Shown piece after piece: positions 24,642-64,000 of a DNA stretch of 64,000 bases. The notes under the pieces were generated by a model. That model did not search any database and was not told where the DNA came from. It saw nothing but the letters and a program-made list of their open reading frames with translations. Source of the DNA: Balanoglossus misakiensis (taxonomy: Eukaryota; Animalia; Hemichordata); assembly GCA_040954595.2 (NCBI GenBank), contig CM082597.2, forward strand, positions 6,535,849-6,599,848, written 5' to 3'. The position numbers were made by a program, and so were the translations under genes. Numbering within the stretch: position 1 is the first letter of the stretch; each line of letters opens with the position of its first letter.

Positions 24642-25106
24642 GGTATCATGGTATCTCTTAGACTTTCCTCAGTTCATGTATTGCAAACAAAAGAAAACAA
24701 TGATGTAAAAGCTTGAAAATTATCCAATCAAAGTAATGTAAAGAGAAAATGATTCCATCCCATCTTCAATTGTTCACAGATAAGGTAATAGCTTCTCAGT
24801 TGTATTTGATTACAATTAATTGCATATGCATAATAATTGTATTTAAAGTTTTGGGCAGGACTGGCAACTATTTGAAGTTGCCAGTCCTGGTGACTGGTTG
24901 ATATTTTCTACGAATTTTTGAACACTGATATATTCTATGGGGTCTTGGTTCTTGAAAGATCAAAAAGAGTGACTCGGTCCCTTTACTGGTAATATAGGGT
25001 TACACAGATGACCAAGATGTTTCTATTTTGAGAGCACAAAGTATCCCTTTTTTGTGATGGACGAGTATATACACAGACAACACTGAATAATGTTACAGAC
25101 ATTTAA

Positions 25107-25191
25107 CCCTTTCATCCCCAGTTCCCTCTATAGAGGTTCCAACTTACCATAGAAAACAATGGGCTTGTGCTGAACCATAGTGGTGAAAGGG
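25107..25191. mobile_element. piggyBac-like MITE, same family as 1817-1902
   Basis: ttaaCCCTTTCA...TGAAAGGGttaa. Confidence 0.7.
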
Positions 25192-25289
25192 TTAATGGCT
25201 GAACCAGAATGTATGAACAGCGTAAACACATAACAAGAGAACATTACGATAATGTCCGATTGTGAACTAACAGTGCCAATGCTTGTTAA

Positions 25290-25469
25290 AGGTATACGGT
25301 CACCAATGGAAATTTAGCTACATTTACCATCATGGTAAACTTGATATCTAGCCAATCACGGATTATCAGTGGGTGGCACATGGGAAAAAAAGAGCGCCAC
25401 CATATGTTCTTTAGAACACTCAAATATGCCATTTCAGCCATTATGTAAATTGGAGGTGACTGTATACCT
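25290..25469. mobile_element. Kolobok-like TTAA MITE family B (AGGTATACGGTCACC TIR)
   Basis: ttaaAGGTATACGGTCACC...GGTGACTGTATACCTttaa. Other copies at 33439-33623 and 37615-37799. Confidence 0.8.
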
Positions 25470-25594
25470 TTAAATAATAGTTCAATTATACATATTTCAT
25501 CACACCCTTTACATATACATTTGTTCAAGAGGACAGAAATTGTCTGTAGACAATGATTTTTATGTATAATCACTCATTGTGTGTTTGTTTCTAG

Positions 25595-63282
<37,688 letters not shown>

Positions 63283-64000
63283 GTAAGATGGACATCTTAA
63301 TGTTCGAATTCTTGTCTTATTCTGCAATTACAACCAACATGTGTATACAATATTTATAATGACAACTTTAATTTGTGTTGTCAAGGAAACAGAGCATTAA
63401 ACTACAGATGAAACAACAACTAATTTATATTCAACAAATGACAATTTTTGTTCCATTAACCATAGACAGGAGATTCATCCTGAACAAAAATGATATAAAG
63501 ATGTAAAATAATTGTATCAGTTATTGGACTTCTTGTGAGCTTTTTACACTGTTCTACGATCAAAGCACTGAAAAAAAAACAGGTTAAAATCTCATTCTGG
63601 TGTGTTTTCATAAGAATTATTTAAGGATAGCAAAGTGTGTACCACAACAACAAAAACAGTTCAGAAATGCATGGCAGTGATCTTAATTGGGCAGCCAGGC
63701 CGTGCATGATACATAAAAAATGCATGGATGTGAGGGCTCTCTTTCGCATGAAGTTAAATGGGAACATGATGCCAGTGTATGATAATTCTCCCTACCTTAA
63801 ATAGGTTTTAAGCTACCTAAGTGAGTGATGAAAGTCTCATATGGTCGACACAATTTCAAGATGGCCGATTTTTGCCATGTAAAAGAATGGGAGTTCATAA
63901 GCTCAAGTGATGATAGGTCACTCTGAAACTTTTTAACAGAAAAAATAACAAAATGTGAAAAAAGTTTAATGAGTTTAATGTGGTAACTACAAAGACAGAC

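Noticed and set aside
25008-25050. Possible small upstream exon of the EGF gene (DDQDVSILRAQ)
   Set aside because: Weak donor (gtatcc), no cysteine or signal-peptide character. It cannot be distinguished from chance.

Overview
AT-rich animal genomic DNA with spliceosomal GT-AG introns, MITEs and a LINE tail. It is not prokaryotic; the gene content suggests a marine invertebrate, possibly a deuterostome (inference). The left part (1-~23770) is a recent tandem array of ~8.3-8.6 kb units. Each unit carries an intronless minus-strand RING/B-box1/B-box2/coiled-coil/NHL (TRIM-NHL, no filamin) CDS. The three paralogues are near-identical in spacer DNA but differ mostly at the loop positions of the NHL propeller, and they carry mosaic swapped segments. 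The right part (25595-63282, open at both ends) is one large plus-strand gene read by hand as at least 56 exons: 9 calcium-binding EGF exons, 31 short EGF exons (all phase 1-1), then at least 10.5 VWC repeats, i.e. a VWCE/kielin-chordin-like extracellular protein. Its 5' exons are not visible, so the TRIM array may sit antisense inside one of its introns. The introns hold several non-autonomous DNA transposon families (TA, TTAA and 9-bp TSD types), an L2-like LINE 3' end and simple repeats. All alignments were done by eye, so boundaries may be off by a few bases.
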